Below, in pieces: positions 21,255-32,491 of a DNA stretch of 64,000 bases (within the stretch, counting starts at the first letter, position 1; each line of letters begins with the position of its first letter). Location of the stretch: the NCBI GenBank assembly GCA_965222225.1, contig CBDCTK010000002.1, forward strand, positions 3,040,001-3,104,000. The letters are read 5' to 3'. The translations under genes were made by a program, and so were the position numbers. This DNA comes from Candidatus Poribacteria bacterium. Lineage in GTDB: Bacteria; Poribacteria; WGA-4E; JAJDTR01. The notes under the pieces were generated by a model. That model was not told the DNA's origin. It ran no database searches and saw only the letters and a list, made by a program, of their open reading frames with translations.

Positions 21255-21690
21255 AAGACATCCACGGCTGTCAGTCGTCCAAAAATCGGCAATTCTACAG
21301 CTTGACGATTGATCTGATGTTTACGGCTGGCTGATAGACAACTTGTTGAATTCTTTGTAACCACAGGTAGAACCTGTGACATTGAACAGATAGTGTTGCC
21401 GAGAAAAGGAATAGGTGGTAACTTGGATAATTATACCACCAAGAGCATTCTGAAGTTTGGAAAAAGATAATGACAAAGCGTTGTCAGTCAGATTGGTAGA
21501 GAAAACTGGGATGGAAGAGTGGAAGTTCACGTCCATGCCAACTAATACGATGGTGCGTTCCGGATTTGGCAATCCAGTCCGAGGGGTCAGAGGGCGCGTC
21601 GGGTAGCAATCACGGGAGACGGCACAGGGGCCGTCTCCTACGTTAACGGTGGTGACTATTGTATGTATCTGTTGGGTAGCTCAGAGGGCA

Positions 21691-23301
21691 TTAGGCGTCT
21701 CCGTTGACTTCGCCTTTCGCTATCATCGCTTGCCACCTTTTGGACTTCCGCATCGCTTCCTGTTCGGAAATCTCGGGCTCCGGAATGGGTCGGGCGGCTT
21801 CGCGGGACAAGTCTCCCCGATTACTGGCGGCGTTCGGTCTCGCGTACCAATACGTGGTGGCGGCGTAACCAACGTTGCATGATTCGTGATGCTGGACTTC
21901 CATATCCATCTGGAGTCGTCGATTGAATGGAATGGCGTCCAATGAGCGCGTCCGGGTTTGCGTATTCTGCCCGAAGGTAACCTTCTGACCACAGCGCACC
22001 TGCGCGTGGAACGGCTTCTGATACAGGTCGGTACTTGCCCCGCCATAGGCGTAGCCGTAGTAGTCCTCTGTGCCGGTGCCGAAATGGGAAGGGAAGTCCT
22101 CTCCATCAACCCATATCTTCTCATCGCCTTCCCCCCACCAGTCTACCTCCGGGTTCATGACGGCTAACGCATCGCCCACGTAGACCGCTTGCCCATCAAT
22201 TGTAATATAATTCCAATCACTGCACGGTAGAGTCGGAATCGGACATTGCTGGCGCCAGTTGGCGTGGAAGTACATCGAACGGTCATCCCAATCCCACGCG
22301 CCCACGTGGGCTACGAGTTGTAGTTTTACGAGATCCTGGTGGAGGTTGCTTACCGTTAGCCGCGCGGATTTTTCGTAAGGCATGATCCACCTGCAGATCG
22401 TCCTCCCGTCGTCTCGAACCGTCCGATACCAGCCTTGGTAAGGATTTAGTCCGACGCCGTTGCCGTAGAAATCTCCGACGGGGCACCAGATTGTCCTCTC
22501 GCCATCACACTCCATCTGCAAAACCGTTGAGCGAAGGGCTTGCTCAAAATTGAGCGCAAGAACCCGGATTTGGAGCGCTCGCACTGCCGCGGGGCCCAGC
22601 GATAGTGGAACGGAGACCGATTCTCCCGGTTTAATTGTAGTGTCGGCGTTCGCAGTTTTCCTTCCGCAAAAGGAGATCGGTGCCGCCAGGTGTTCTCCCA
22701 CGTGCCGGACAGTTTCCTTTGCCGCCTCAAATTCACCCATGGTGAATGAGCGCACCCGAGTCCCTTCTTTATACGCGCGGAAGTTGATATGGTAGTAGAA
22801 AGGTTTTTTATCCACGGTGACCTTGCACGATTTGGCGTATGGGATGGGCAGATATAGGTTTCCCGCCCGAACGCTAATGTAAGCAAACGGCGGACCGATA
22901 AAGTCCACCCCGGTGATCAGGTCAATCATCCTCGCCTCAATGGCGGGTTTTTCCTTCCCATCCAGATAGAAACGGATGATTTGGCCCTCATCAACGTCGG
23001 GCGCCCACATCCGCACGACACAACCCGGTCCCCGATGATCCATCAATACCCATTCGTCGCGCCCCTCGATTTTCTCGGTATAGAGAAAATGCCCCGAATC
23101 CCCGCCGGCGAACCAGCCGTCCGGGTCGGTCGGGATAATCGATCGCCGGTTATAACTGCTGAACTGATGGCAGAGGTATGCCGGACGCGGCAACCGAGGT
23201 AGCAGGTCACGATTTATCATCTCGTTCAGAAGTGATTCAAGCGTGACCGAATCGGGAATTGAGGAGGTTAAGAGATTGGTGAGTTGGTATGTGGCAATCA
23301 T
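21691..23301 (-). CDS. DUF2961 (GH172-like) glycoside hydrolase
   Basis: GPGCVVRMW, YLPIPYAKSC, WWGEGDEKIWVDGE, GTGTEDYYGYAY. Confidence 0.85.
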   Translation of the reverse strand: MIATYQLTNLLTSSIPDSVTLESLLNEMINRDLLPRLPRPAYLCHQFSSYNRRSIIPTDPDGWFAGGDSGHFLYTEKIEGRDEWVLMDHRGPGCVVRMWAPDVDEGQIIRFYLDGKEKPAIEARMIDLITGVDFIGPPFAYISVRAGNLYLPIPYAKSCKVTVDKKPFYYHINFRAYKEGTRVRSFTMGEFEAAKETVRHVGEHLAAPISFCGRKTANADTTIKPGESVSVPLSLGPAAVRALQIRVLALNFEQALRSTVLQMECDGERTIWCPVGDFYGNGVGLNPYQGWYRTVRDDGRTICRWIMPYEKSARLTVSNLHQDLVKLQLVAHVGAWDWDDRSMYFHANWRQQCPIPTLPCSDWNYITIDGQAVYVGDALAVMNPEVDWWGEGDEKIWVDGEDFPSHFGTGTEDYYGYAYGGASTDLYQKPFHAQVRCGQKVTFGQNTQTRTRSLDAIPFNRRLQMDMEVQHHESCNVGYAATTYWYARPNAASNRGDLSREAARPIPEPEISEQEAMRKSKRWQAMIAKGEVNGDA

Positions 23302-23942
23302 TTCGGGTACCCTTTCACTCGACGGGGTTTGAACGACATTGATTTCAGCGCATGTTTAGTATTAGCCGGGCAATTTGTCGACGCAACATAGTATACCAAG
23401 AGATTCTGATTTATGGAAAAAGATAATGATGCGGTATAGGACTTGCGCTGTTTGGTTTGTAGGAGCGCGTTTTGCTCGCGATTTCAGAACTTTGTCGCGA
23501 CCGGGAGATTGCTCCTACAAGAACCTTTATCTGTGGGGACTCCATCTTCGACCTGATGAGTGCAGTTTTTCTGTAGGGTGCGATCAACCGACTGATTAAG
23601 GAGGGCGATAGCACCCTAAAGAACTGTTGATGGTCTGGAGTTGGTAATCCAGACCGAGTAGGAAAGGATACGACAAGCAGATGGATTGTTGGGTTTCACT
23701 TGAGTTTCGGCTTTTTGGGGAAGAATGAAACGTCGAATGCCTCCTTTCGGCGTGCATGATTTCTCATGGATTTCCGTTCAACCCAACCTACAGAATTTGT
23801 TTCGTCGCGATTCGGTGAGGGATCTCTATCGCACTCGTTATCCACTCGCTTGATCGCTCCTACCATCGCCATCAGGGATTTCTGTCGCATTCATCATTCA
23901 TTCGCTTGATCCCTGTTCTCACCCTACAAAACTCCCGTAGCC

Positions 23943-24137
23943 TCAATACGCGGCTTCAAGAATGCTGACAACGTCGGGGTGATTGCGGCGGCGCGCCTAT
24001 GCCAGCGGCGTCGCCCACTCAAAGTGGGCATCCAGCGGGGCGCCTTCGCCGAGCAGGTATTCGACCATCTCGGTCTGACCTGTCCGAGCCGCCCATCCGA
24101 TCGGCGTACTGCTGTACTCTTGGTCCGAACTGTCCAG
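23943..24137 (-). pseudogene. Ankyrin-repeat gene remnant with in-frame TAG
   Basis: Translates LDSSDQEYSSTPIGWAARTGQTEMVEYLLGEGA…WATPLA*ARRRNHPDVVSILEAAY*; not in the ORF track. Confidence 0.75.
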
Positions 24138-24658
24138 ACGTGCGCAGCGGCGGGCGGGGGAAAGGCAGGCAGGGGAACACGGGACGGCACAGAGGCCGTC
24201 CCCTACAAATTGTCGGTGTGTTGGGTTGAAAAGAGAAGGGGGTTATCGGTACAAGGAGTGGTGAGTGGAGTGTGAGGAAGGATGAGAGTACGGAAGGGAG
24301 AAAGGGGAGAGGCAGTGGTCAGTGGGGAAGGGAGGGGTTGGTCGGAAATTGTCTGAATCGCGGATTAAACGGATTTCGCCGATTTCGCGGAATAGGAGAT
24401 GGTACGTGTGGACAGCGATGAAGTTGGGTTTCACTGTGTTCAAACAGACTTTAGTCGTCATGTCTTAGATTGGAAAGCGAATTGAGACCGATCTCAACCG
24501 TGAGGGTCATAATGACACACGTCAAGGAACTCCTGGAAAATCAAGGGATTTGAACTATAACGACGACAATGGTAATGATTAGCGGAATCTTGTGTAACGT
24601 TCTACTCGTTGCGGACCTCCCAATGCACTCCTGCGTCAGTTAACGGTGTGGGCGTTCA

Positions 24659-25711
24659 CTATTCCAATGACTGGAGCAATCGAAGGGCCTTTTGAATACG
24701 GTCTCGCAGTACCCGGTTCCCGGCGCGCTTCGCGAATCTCAAAGCAGTTCGGAGATCTCGCTTCGCGGCTGAGACGCGAAATAGAACTGCCTTGGAAATC
24801 CCTCTCTGAAGATATGCTTCGGCGTAATCGGGCTTTAGTCGGATGGCAATGTCATAATCAGAGATGGCGGCAAAGTGTTGGCCTAATTCAGCCCTACATA
24901 TCCCTCGCAAAACATAAGTTGTCGCAGCATTGGGGTCAAGGTCAATGGCGTCTGTGAACTCCCGAATCGCCCCCGCATAATCCCCTGACATTCTCTTTTC
25001 ATAACCTCTTATCATACAGCCAATGTAAGAGACAGCCGTGTTTCCATGCGATAACGGCTTTGCCTTTCCCGATTGACCTAGCAACGTTTTGAGCGCATTC
25101 GATGGCACCGCGAAGTTCAGAAGTATACCGTCGAGCGGGTGGTACATTGACTACGACACTCCAATCACCCTTCCCTTGCGGTTGAGCACAGGGCCTCCAC
25201 TGCTACCGCGGGAAATCGGAGCAGTCATCTGAAGACGTTCTTTTTTCGTGGTGCCATCGCGTCGACCGCTGATAATACCGTACGAGAATGTGCCTTCAAA
25301 GCCCAGCGGGTTGCCCGCCACGTAAACCGTTTCTCCGATTTGAACTGCGTCACTGTCGCCGAGGGGAAGCGGCGCGACACCTTTCACCGTCACCTTGAGG
25401 AGTGCGAGGTCGTTCGACTCATCTCGTGCCGTCACGCCTTCGATAGGGTATGCGAGTTTTGTATTGACTAACTTTGCACTGCCCTTAGCTGCACCTTCAA
25501 TGACGTGGAAATTCGTAGCGATGAGGTTCTCTCGGACGAAAAATCCACTACCGTGTCCGAGTGTGACGCCGTTTTCGTCCTGCACCTCCAATGAGACAGT
25601 CGCGGCTAACGCTTTTTTGGCAAGCTGGGGGACAGACTGGGCTGAAGCGTAATTAAGGGCGGAGAGCAGAAAGATGAGCAAAAGTGTGATTAGCTTGGTT
25701 TGATGGTTCAT
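24659..25711 (-). pseudogene. Secreted trypsin-like serine protease fused to TPR repeats, split by an in-frame TAG at 25151-25153
   Basis: Triad motifs TNFHVI, DLALL, GSSGGPV; the frame continues VIGVS*SMYHPLDGILLNFAVPSN into TPRs. Confidence 0.8.
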
Positions 25712-25813
25712 CTAACACGCTCCTTGCGTCAGAATGTGTGGGGTTGTTGAGGGAACAGAATAACCTGGCTTCTGTTGTTTTTCGAGTTCGCGGTGTGTTT
25801 CTCTAACCATTTC

Positions 25814-25842
25814 ATTTTACTACTTTTCGCCGTTTTTGTCTA
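25814..25842 (-). promoter_or_regulatory. Sigma70-like promoter of the protease-TPR gene
   Basis: Minus strand TAGACA-17 bp-TAAAAT. Confidence 0.6.
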
Positions 25843-26132
25843 TTGGTTTCGTTTGGCATCAAGGTGGTTGTTTAAACCGGCGATTTGGGGAGCTCTATCG
25901 CACTGAGGTTTTTATTGCGCTCACTACTCATTCGCTTGATCCCACTCCGGGGCTTTGCACGCGCGATAGAGTTCCTTTTCAAAAAATAACTCGGTTTTGA
26001 CTCGGGAGGGTTCGCAAAGGCTGGTGCGCAGTGCGCACCCTACAACACTGGTTAATTGGAGGAGGGTCAAGATTTGGCAGTCCAGACCGAGCGGGGAAAG
26101 AAGGGTGCGCCGAATTTTTGGTTTGAAGCGAA

Positions 26133-26161
26133 TTGACATCAATTTGTGTCTATGATAAAAT
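26133..26161 (+). promoter_or_regulatory. Sigma70-like promoter of the hydrolase cluster
   Basis: TTGACA-17 bp-TAAAAT about 90 bp upstream of 26252. Confidence 0.7.
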
Positions 26162-26251
26162 CACCGGGCTTGTGGCGACATGACGGATTAACCAAATCGG
26201 GGAAAATCCCCATCATCACTGACTTAAAATACCCTCCACGGAGAAATCGGA

Positions 26252-27646
26252 ATGCCTCTTAACCGCCGTAAATACCTCGTGCTGGATTCGCGCATCATCG
26301 ACGCCACCGAAGATTTGGCGCTGCGGGTCGGAACTGCGACCAAGCACCCCGCCAATCCCCTTTTCGGTGAGGACAAACCTTGGGAGCTGCGTTACGACAA
26401 CCTGTATCCCAACGCTATTTTCGACGAGGCGGACCAACTTTTCAAATGTTGGTATAACCCCTTCATCGTGGATACGGCGACAGCGGGTACGCCGCCGGAC
26501 CAACGGGGGTCGATCGCCTACACGAAGGTGAAAAACCAGCGCCGGGAGATGGGGCTTTGCTACGCCGCGTCGAAAGACGGGATTTCTTGGGAGAAACCGA
26601 ATCTGGGGCTGATTGAGTATGAGGGAAGCAGGGAGAATAACCTCGTGACCCGCGGCTCGCACGGTCCCGGCGCCCTCAAAGACAGACACGACAGCGATCC
26701 TGCGAGGCGTTACAAAATGCTTTACGCATCGGACGTGCCTGCGGCACGGCACGGGCTGAGCGTCAAGTTTTCATCGGACGGGGTCGCGTGGGGCGATCAG
26801 ATTTTGGTGGAAAACAAGAGCGCCGCGCGCGGTGATTCGCATCACACGTGGATGTGGGCTCCGGATATAGGGAAGTATGTCTCGTGCTCGCGCCCATTGG
26901 CTTGGGCGGAACGGAGAGCGGGAAACCAAGATGTGCCGCTGCGTCCCATATCGCGGACGGATTCGGAAGATTTTATCCATTGGTCCGATGCGCAGATTGT
27001 GCTCGACCCTTTGGAGAATGACCGGCAGTATTACGTGATGCCCATCTGTCACCATGCCGACCTTTACTTGGGCTTTTTGATGATCTTCAATGCCGAGACT
27101 GATCGGGTGCACTGCGAACTTACATGGAGCCCGGACACGTGGGAATGGCACCTCATTGACCCCGGCACGCCGCTCATCAACGCATCGGACGAAAAGGGCG
27201 ATTACGATTGGGGCTGCGTTTATGCCAGCGTTCCCATCTTTTTGCAGGATGAGATTCGGATTTACTACGGGGCAAGCGACGACACGCATTACGGTTGGCG
27301 GAAGGGGTATCTCGCGTTGGCGACTGTACGACCGGACGGTCTCGCGGGGTTGCAACCCGCCACGTCGAACGTAGCGGGCAACGTGACAACCAAACCGGTC
27401 GTGTGCACGGGGCGGCGGTTGCGTATCAGCGCCGATGCGGCGGGCGGCTCGGTGCGCGCGGCGATACTCGACTCGGAGGGACGGACGCTTGACGAGAGCC
27501 AGCCGTTAACGGGTGATGTAACTGACGCGGTAGTCAGTTGGGTATCCGGGGGTGATTTGTCCGCGTACCAAGGCGAGGCGGTACGACTGAGGTTTACGTT
27601 GGAGGATGCCAAGCTTTATGCGTTCGGATTTGATGGTGAGGGTTGA
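26252..27646 (+). CDS. Beta-propeller glycoside-hydrolase-like protein
   Basis: YAASKDGISWEKP, DSDPARRYKM, SSDGVAW, RPDG, C-terminal VRLRF..AKLYAF. Confidence 0.7.
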   Translation: MPLNRRKYLVLDSRIIDATEDLALRVGTATKHPANPLFGEDKPWELRYDNLYPNAIFDEADQLFKCWYNPFIVDTATAGTPPDQRGSIAYTKVKNQRREMGLCYAASKDGISWEKPNLGLIEYEGSRENNLVTRGSHGPGALKDRHDSDPARRYKMLYASDVPAARHGLSVKFSSDGVAWGDQILVENKSAARGDSHHTWMWAPDIGKYVSCSRPLAWAERRAGNQDVPLRPISRTDSEDFIHWSDAQIVLDPLENDRQYYVMPICHHADLYLGFLMIFNAETDRVHCELTWSPDTWEWHLIDPGTPLINASDEKGDYDWGCVYASVPIFLQDEIRIYYGASDDTHYGWRKGYLALATVRPDGLAGLQPATSNVAGNVTTKPVVCTGRRLRISADAAGGSVRAAILDSEGRTLDESQPLTGDVTDAVVSWVSGGDLSAYQGEAVRLRFTLEDAKLYAFGFDGEG

Positions 27647-27753
27647 GTGCGTGGGAGACGGAATCTTTTGGATGAAGTGTTGGGTTTCACGGTGTCCAAC
27701 CCAACCTACGCACTGTTATTTAAGCGAAATGGTAACATCGGGAGCAACAACTG

Positions 27754-29418
27754 ATGACGGATAGCCCCGAAAGGAAAAGCCTGACGGAAGCGCTTGATCT
27801 TCAGCGGAAGACAGAGGACATCGTGTCGGGGAAGCGACGGGTTGACGAGCGGTATCCCTACATACCTCCGGATTACAACATCCCCTTCCTTCACATCGGG
27901 ACGGAGAAGCAGTTGTTTCTCGATAATTTCATCCTTGATCGCTTTGAAAGGGTGGAGCGCGTCTTTCCCAAACCGGATCGGCCAGAGCAGCCGATTATCG
28001 ATCCGATGGAATTGCCGTGGGAACGCAATGCCCCCAAGGGGTACTTCAGCCACTGGGCTTTCGTTGTCGCGGTGCTGCACGATCCGGATGACGGGAAGTT
28101 CAAGCTGTGGTACATCAGGGATTTTGAAGAGGTGTACGACAAGCGGATGTTGTGCTACGCCGAAACGACCGCCCCGCTGCATTGGGAAAAGCCGTTGAGC
28201 GAGAAATGCGTCCCCTTTAACGAGCACAAAGCCACCAACATCGTGCAACTTAACTCCGGCGAGCACATCGCGTTGGCGCTGAATTGTGATCAGAGCGACA
28301 AGTCGCGCAAGTATCTCATGAACCTGAGAAACAGCTTTCTCGTCTCGCCCGACGGTTTGCAGTGGAGGTCGGTCAGCGAGGGCACGCCTTATCGGAAACA
28401 CCACTATCAGCGCCCCATCTGGGATGAGTCGATTCAGAAGTGGATCTCTTACAGCCAGTATTCGCACCACTGGAATATTTTGCACCGCAAGCGCCAGATC
28501 GGACGGCAGGAAAGCGCGGACTTCATTAACTGGTCGCCCAAGCGGGTGGTGGTCTCCGTGGATTTCGACCCGAACCTCACGCCCAACCTCGAATTTCACG
28601 ATATGTCCGTTCGTAAAATCGGCGGTCAATACATCGGGATCGCGACGGAGTTCTTGGCGGAAGGCATCCCCAGCGTCCACGATTTTTCGGGACGGCATAT
28701 TCCGGAGTATGACGGCGATTGCACCTACAACCATTGGGAACAAGCTTACGCTCACTTCGGGCTGTACGCCAGCCGTGACGGGATTCATTGGCGGCGGGTG
28801 GGCGATCCGGGGCCGTGGGCTGCGCATGGGGCGCCCGGTCACTATGATTACGGCTTTTTTGCGGACAGCGTGGCGGGTGAGTTGCTACACGATGGCAAGA
28901 CGTATGTCATCCATGATACGCGCCCGCAGAAACAGCGGCTATCGAAGAGAAAACCTAACGCACTGAAGACGGCAGAATTCCTGCAGCACGAACGGAATCA
29001 AGCGGCGTTGGTCGACGCCTTGGGCACCTACCCGCGGCTGCGCTCGAATGCTATAACCGCGCTCATCTTGCGGGAGGACGGTTGGGCGGAACTCAAGCCA
29101 ACCTATGAACAGGGGAGCGTTTTCACACGGCAGTTTGTCTTTGAAGGCGACGCGCTCAAGGTCAATGCCGAGGCATATGGCGGATACCTGAAGGTTGACG
29201 CGCTCGACCCGCAATTCAAGCCGTACGAAGGTTTTTCGGCGGCGGAGTGTGATGCGGTTTGCTCGGATAATCCCAAGCAAATTTGGCACACGGTACGCTG
29301 GCGCGGAAATCCGGATGTTCGCGCACTGTGGAACAAACCGGTGCGACTGCGATTTCACCTGCATCAGGCGAGTCTTTACGCTTTCCAGTTCGAGGAGACC
29401 GCCACAGTAAAAAGGTAA
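27754..29418 (+). CDS. Beta-propeller glycoside-hydrolase-like protein
   Basis: KQLFLDN, SPDGLQW, SADFINWS, SRDGIHW, REDG, PVRLRF..LYAF. Confidence 0.7.
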   Translation: MTDSPERKSLTEALDLQRKTEDIVSGKRRVDERYPYIPPDYNIPFLHIGTEKQLFLDNFILDRFERVERVFPKPDRPEQPIIDPMELPWERNAPKGYFSHWAFVVAVLHDPDDGKFKLWYIRDFEEVYDKRMLCYAETTAPLHWEKPLSEKCVPFNEHKATNIVQLNSGEHIALALNCDQSDKSRKYLMNLRNSFLVSPDGLQWRSVSEGTPYRKHHYQRPIWDESIQKWISYSQYSHHWNILHRKRQIGRQESADFINWSPKRVVVSVDFDPNLTPNLEFHDMSVRKIGGQYIGIATEFLAEGIPSVHDFSGRHIPEYDGDCTYNHWEQAYAHFGLYASRDGIHWRRVGDPGPWAAHGAPGHYDYGFFADSVAGELLHDGKTYVIHDTRPQKQRLSKRKPNALKTAEFLQHERNQAALVDALGTYPRLRSNAITALILREDGWAELKPTYEQGSVFTRQFVFEGDALKVNAEAYGGYLKVDALDPQFKPYEGFSAAECDAVCSDNPKQIWHTVRWRGNPDVRALWNKPVRLRFHLHQASLYAFQFEETATVKR

Positions 29419-29423
29419 GAAAT

Positions 29424-30338
29424 ATGGCAGGTCTCGAGTCGCCCATTGATTGGGCGGCCATTCCACATCCCCCGTTCCTTCGCGGCGATGCATACGTGGC
29501 GAACCGCGATCCGGCGGGACACTACCACGAGGGGCTGTTTCGCGTGTTCCATACGCGGGTGCATGCCGAATCGGACGGGATTTACCACTCCTTCACTGCG
29601 GTGACGGAAAGCCGGGATCTCGTCAACTGGAGCGAAGCGACGCTACTGACGCCGAAGGATCGCCGACTCAACTATTCGAGTCCGGGGAACGTGATTCGTT
29701 ACGGCGGCGAATGGGTGCTCTGCTTACAGACGTACCCGATGCGCGGCGACAGCTTTGGCGATGATACCGCGCGGATTTTCCTGATGCGCAGCGATGATTT
29801 GGCACATTGGAGCGAACCGGAGTTGATACCCGTCAAGGGGCCCGATGTTCCCGAAGCGGAGATGGGGCGCATGATTGACCCGTATCTATTGGAAGACAAA
29901 GACATACCGGGGAGATGGTGGTGCTTTTACAAACAGAACGGCGCGAGTATGTCGTACACGGACGACTTCAAGACGTGGACGTACGTGGGACGAATCGATT
30001 GCGGCGAGAATGTCTGCGCGTTGGTCGAGGACGACGAGTATGTCTTGTTTCACTCGCCGCGCAACGGTGTCGGGATCAAACGCTCGAAAGACATGGGCCA
30101 TTGGAGAGATGTCGGGCATCTAACCTTCGGGCAAGCAGAATGGGACTGGGCGGAAGGGCGGTTGACGGCGGGGCATGTCTTGGATTTGCGGCACCTGCCG
30201 GAGATAGGAAAGTGTGTCATGTTTTTCCACGGCTCCGTCTCTCGCGAGATTCAACCGAAGGAGACACACGGCAACGCCTCGCTCGCGCTGGCTTGGAGTG
30301 ACGATCTCGTGCATTGGGATTGGCCGGGGAAGTCGTGA
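29424..30338 (+). CDS. GH43/GH32-like five-bladed propeller hydrolase
   Basis: RDPAG, SRDLVNWS, SDDLAHWS, MIDPY, SDDLVHW; ATG at 29424. Confidence 0.65.
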   Translation: MAGLESPIDWAAIPHPPFLRGDAYVANRDPAGHYHEGLFRVFHTRVHAESDGIYHSFTAVTESRDLVNWSEATLLTPKDRRLNYSSPGNVIRYGGEWVLCLQTYPMRGDSFGDDTARIFLMRSDDLAHWSEPELIPVKGPDVPEAEMGRMIDPYLLEDKDIPGRWWCFYKQNGASMSYTDDFKTWTYVGRIDCGENVCALVEDDEYVLFHSPRNGVGIKRSKDMGHWRDVGHLTFGQAEWDWAEGRLTAGHVLDLRHLPEIGKCVMFFHGSVSREIQPKETHGNASLALAWSDDLVHWDWPGKS

Positions 30339-30539
30339 GATTAATAGCGTCAACCAAGTTTTTCCAAGGCGGGGCAAGGGGACTTCTATCGCACGCGCTA
30401 TGCGCTTGCTTGATCCCCGCCTACCGGCTTTGGGTAATGGTTGCTATCGGTCTATTCATAGAAGTATAATTGCAAAAAACATTTTACGCAATACTGTTCA
30501 AACGAAATGGCATAACAACAAGAAGAGAGGGATTACAGT

Positions 30540-31661
30540 ATGAAGTTTCAGGTTGGGGTGATTGGCGCGACCGGGTTCATCGGGTCGGCGTACAGACAGG
30601 AGATACGCGAAGCAAAACAGGACGCGACAATCGTCGCGCTGTGCGCTCGAAACCGTGAGCGGCTGGAGGCGGCAGCAGAGGAGGATAGTTGCGATTTTAT
30701 CACGGATGATTGGCGTCAGGTCGTTGATCATCCGGATGTCAATTTCGTCATCGTGGCGACTCCGGACGCGCTGCACTATGACGCGGTGATGGCGAGCGCA
30801 AAGAACGGGAAGCACATGTTCTGCGACAAGCCGATAGGCATGAACGTAACCGAGGCGTACGAGATGCGGCAGGCGTACCGCGAGGCGGGATTGTCCCATT
30901 TCGTGCCGTTCTGGGCGCGGTGTGAGCCGCTGTTCCTACGAGGCAAGGAGATTGTCGATGCGGGAACGTTGGGCGACATCCGAGCGATTATCTACCGCTG
31001 GCAGAACCCGCGTCCGGCGGCGATGCCGTTCACGTGGCGGGACGATGCCACGCTGTCGGCGGCGGGGAGCATCGCGGATGTCGGATCGCACGCCTACGAC
31101 GCGGTGCGCTGGCTCACGGGCACGGAGGCGAAGCGCGTACTGGCTCATGCGGATACCATCACGCCTCCCAAGCCGGACTTGGGTACCGTCTACCTCAACG
31201 ATGCCATTGAATGGGGCGGATCGCACACGAAGGCGGACAGCGAGAAACAGCGCAAGGGGACAGCGTTCGACTATGCCGCCATCGCGTGGGAGTTCCAGAG
31301 CGGCGCTGTCGGCTCTATCGTGCTCTCTCACGCTCCGATCTTGCGCAAGGGACTCGCGCCCGAGGTGGAACTTCACGGCACGGATGCATCATTGGCGATT
31401 GACCGGGTGCATAGCAGGGTTTCGGTGCTGCACTCTGGAGAGGATGTCCCTGAAGTTGAGGAGATTCATCCCTCGAGTCCGGGCAATCGGTTTGAGAACT
31501 TTGTGTTCCCATCGTTGGAGCGGGAGCTGGCGGGCGAGGCGTCTAATCACCCGAGTTTGAATGACGGGTGGCGGGTGCAGATTTTCACGCATTCCGCGGT
31601 GCTTTCGGCACGTCAGGGGGTGTGGGTCGAGTTGGCGGATCAGGATGCGGAGGCAAAGTAA
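30540..31661 (+). CDS. Gfo/Idh/MocA family oxidoreductase
   Basis: GVIGATGFIG, VATPDALH, HMFCDKP, ADVGSHAYD. Confidence 0.9.
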   Translation: MKFQVGVIGATGFIGSAYRQEIREAKQDATIVALCARNRERLEAAAEEDSCDFITDDWRQVVDHPDVNFVIVATPDALHYDAVMASAKNGKHMFCDKPIGMNVTEAYEMRQAYREAGLSHFVPFWARCEPLFLRGKEIVDAGTLGDIRAIIYRWQNPRPAAMPFTWRDDATLSAAGSIADVGSHAYDAVRWLTGTEAKRVLAHADTITPPKPDLGTVYLNDAIEWGGSHTKADSEKQRKGTAFDYAAIAWEFQSGAVGSIVLSHAPILRKGLAPEVELHGTDASLAIDRVHSRVSVLHSGEDVPEVEEIHPSSPGNRFENFVFPSLERELAGEASNHPSLNDGWRVQIFTHSAVLSARQGVWVELADQDAEAK

Positions 31662-31768
31662 ATTGCGCTACCACAATCCTGCTGTAGGGTGCTTTCAAAG
31701 GCCGGTGGGATCCCTATCAGGATTTTCTATTGTCTTTTCACAATTTAACAGAAATAGGAGAACCTTTC

Positions 31769-32487
31769 ATGAAAATATTGTGTTATTTGACGATGATGCT
31801 GCTTTGCGGCTCTGTCGCTATGGCAGAGGAAACTTTCTTTTCCGCGTTAGAGAGCAAAGCAGAAGTTGAAAAAGAAGGTGGCACCGTTGATGGCGGGAGT
31901 TTCAAGCCCAGTAAATTTGGAAACGGCTTTGTCAGCGAGGAAGTTGGCGATGTCATTCACTTCCCGGTGGAAGACCGATTCGTTAATCTTGATGAAGGCA
32001 CCGTTGAGTTATGGGTAACAATGGGGTTTGATTCCGACGAGGTCTCAGATGAACTTTTCCTGTTCATGACTTACAAACGTGGTTCCGATGCTGTATTCCT
32101 ACAGTTTGATAATGGCGGGATCGCGCGGATGCGGATAAGAGCACTGGTGCATGGCATAATGCCGATAGTGCCCCACTCAGGTGGAAAATGGGCGATCATC
32201 ACCACATGGCGGGGACATGGGGGGCCGACGGCTTGAAACTCTACTTAGACGGTGAACTTAAAGGTGAATCCAATTTCAAAAAGGGACCTACCCTGTTCGC
32301 GCAAACCTTTGAGATTAACAATGCTTCTCCGCCCGATCCGGTATTCCCAACGAATTGCGTCGTTGATGGGTTGCGACTCTCCGACCATCAGAAGGAAGTC
32401 GATGAATTGGTAATGGACGATCCGGCACCTGTGCAACCAATCGGCAAACTCACAACAACGTGGGCACGGATTAAGCGCGCCAAGTAA
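31769..32487 (+). pseudogene. Secreted LamG protein with C-terminal VQPIGKLTTTWARIK motif; single-base frameshift near 32138
   Basis: Signal peptide, GTVELWV; adding one A gives …RMRIKSTGAWHNA…HHMAGTWG…LYLDG. Confidence 0.75.
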
Positions 32488-32491
32488 CAAT

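Noticed and set aside
21321-21572. AT-rich 83-aa ORF
   Set aside because: Starts inside a repeat and has no motif or RBS; cannot be supported as a gene.
27706-28842. Long antisense ORFs (e.g. 27706..28842, 44667..45377, 59425..60114)
   Set aside because: Shadow frames of GC-rich genes with no recognisable motifs.
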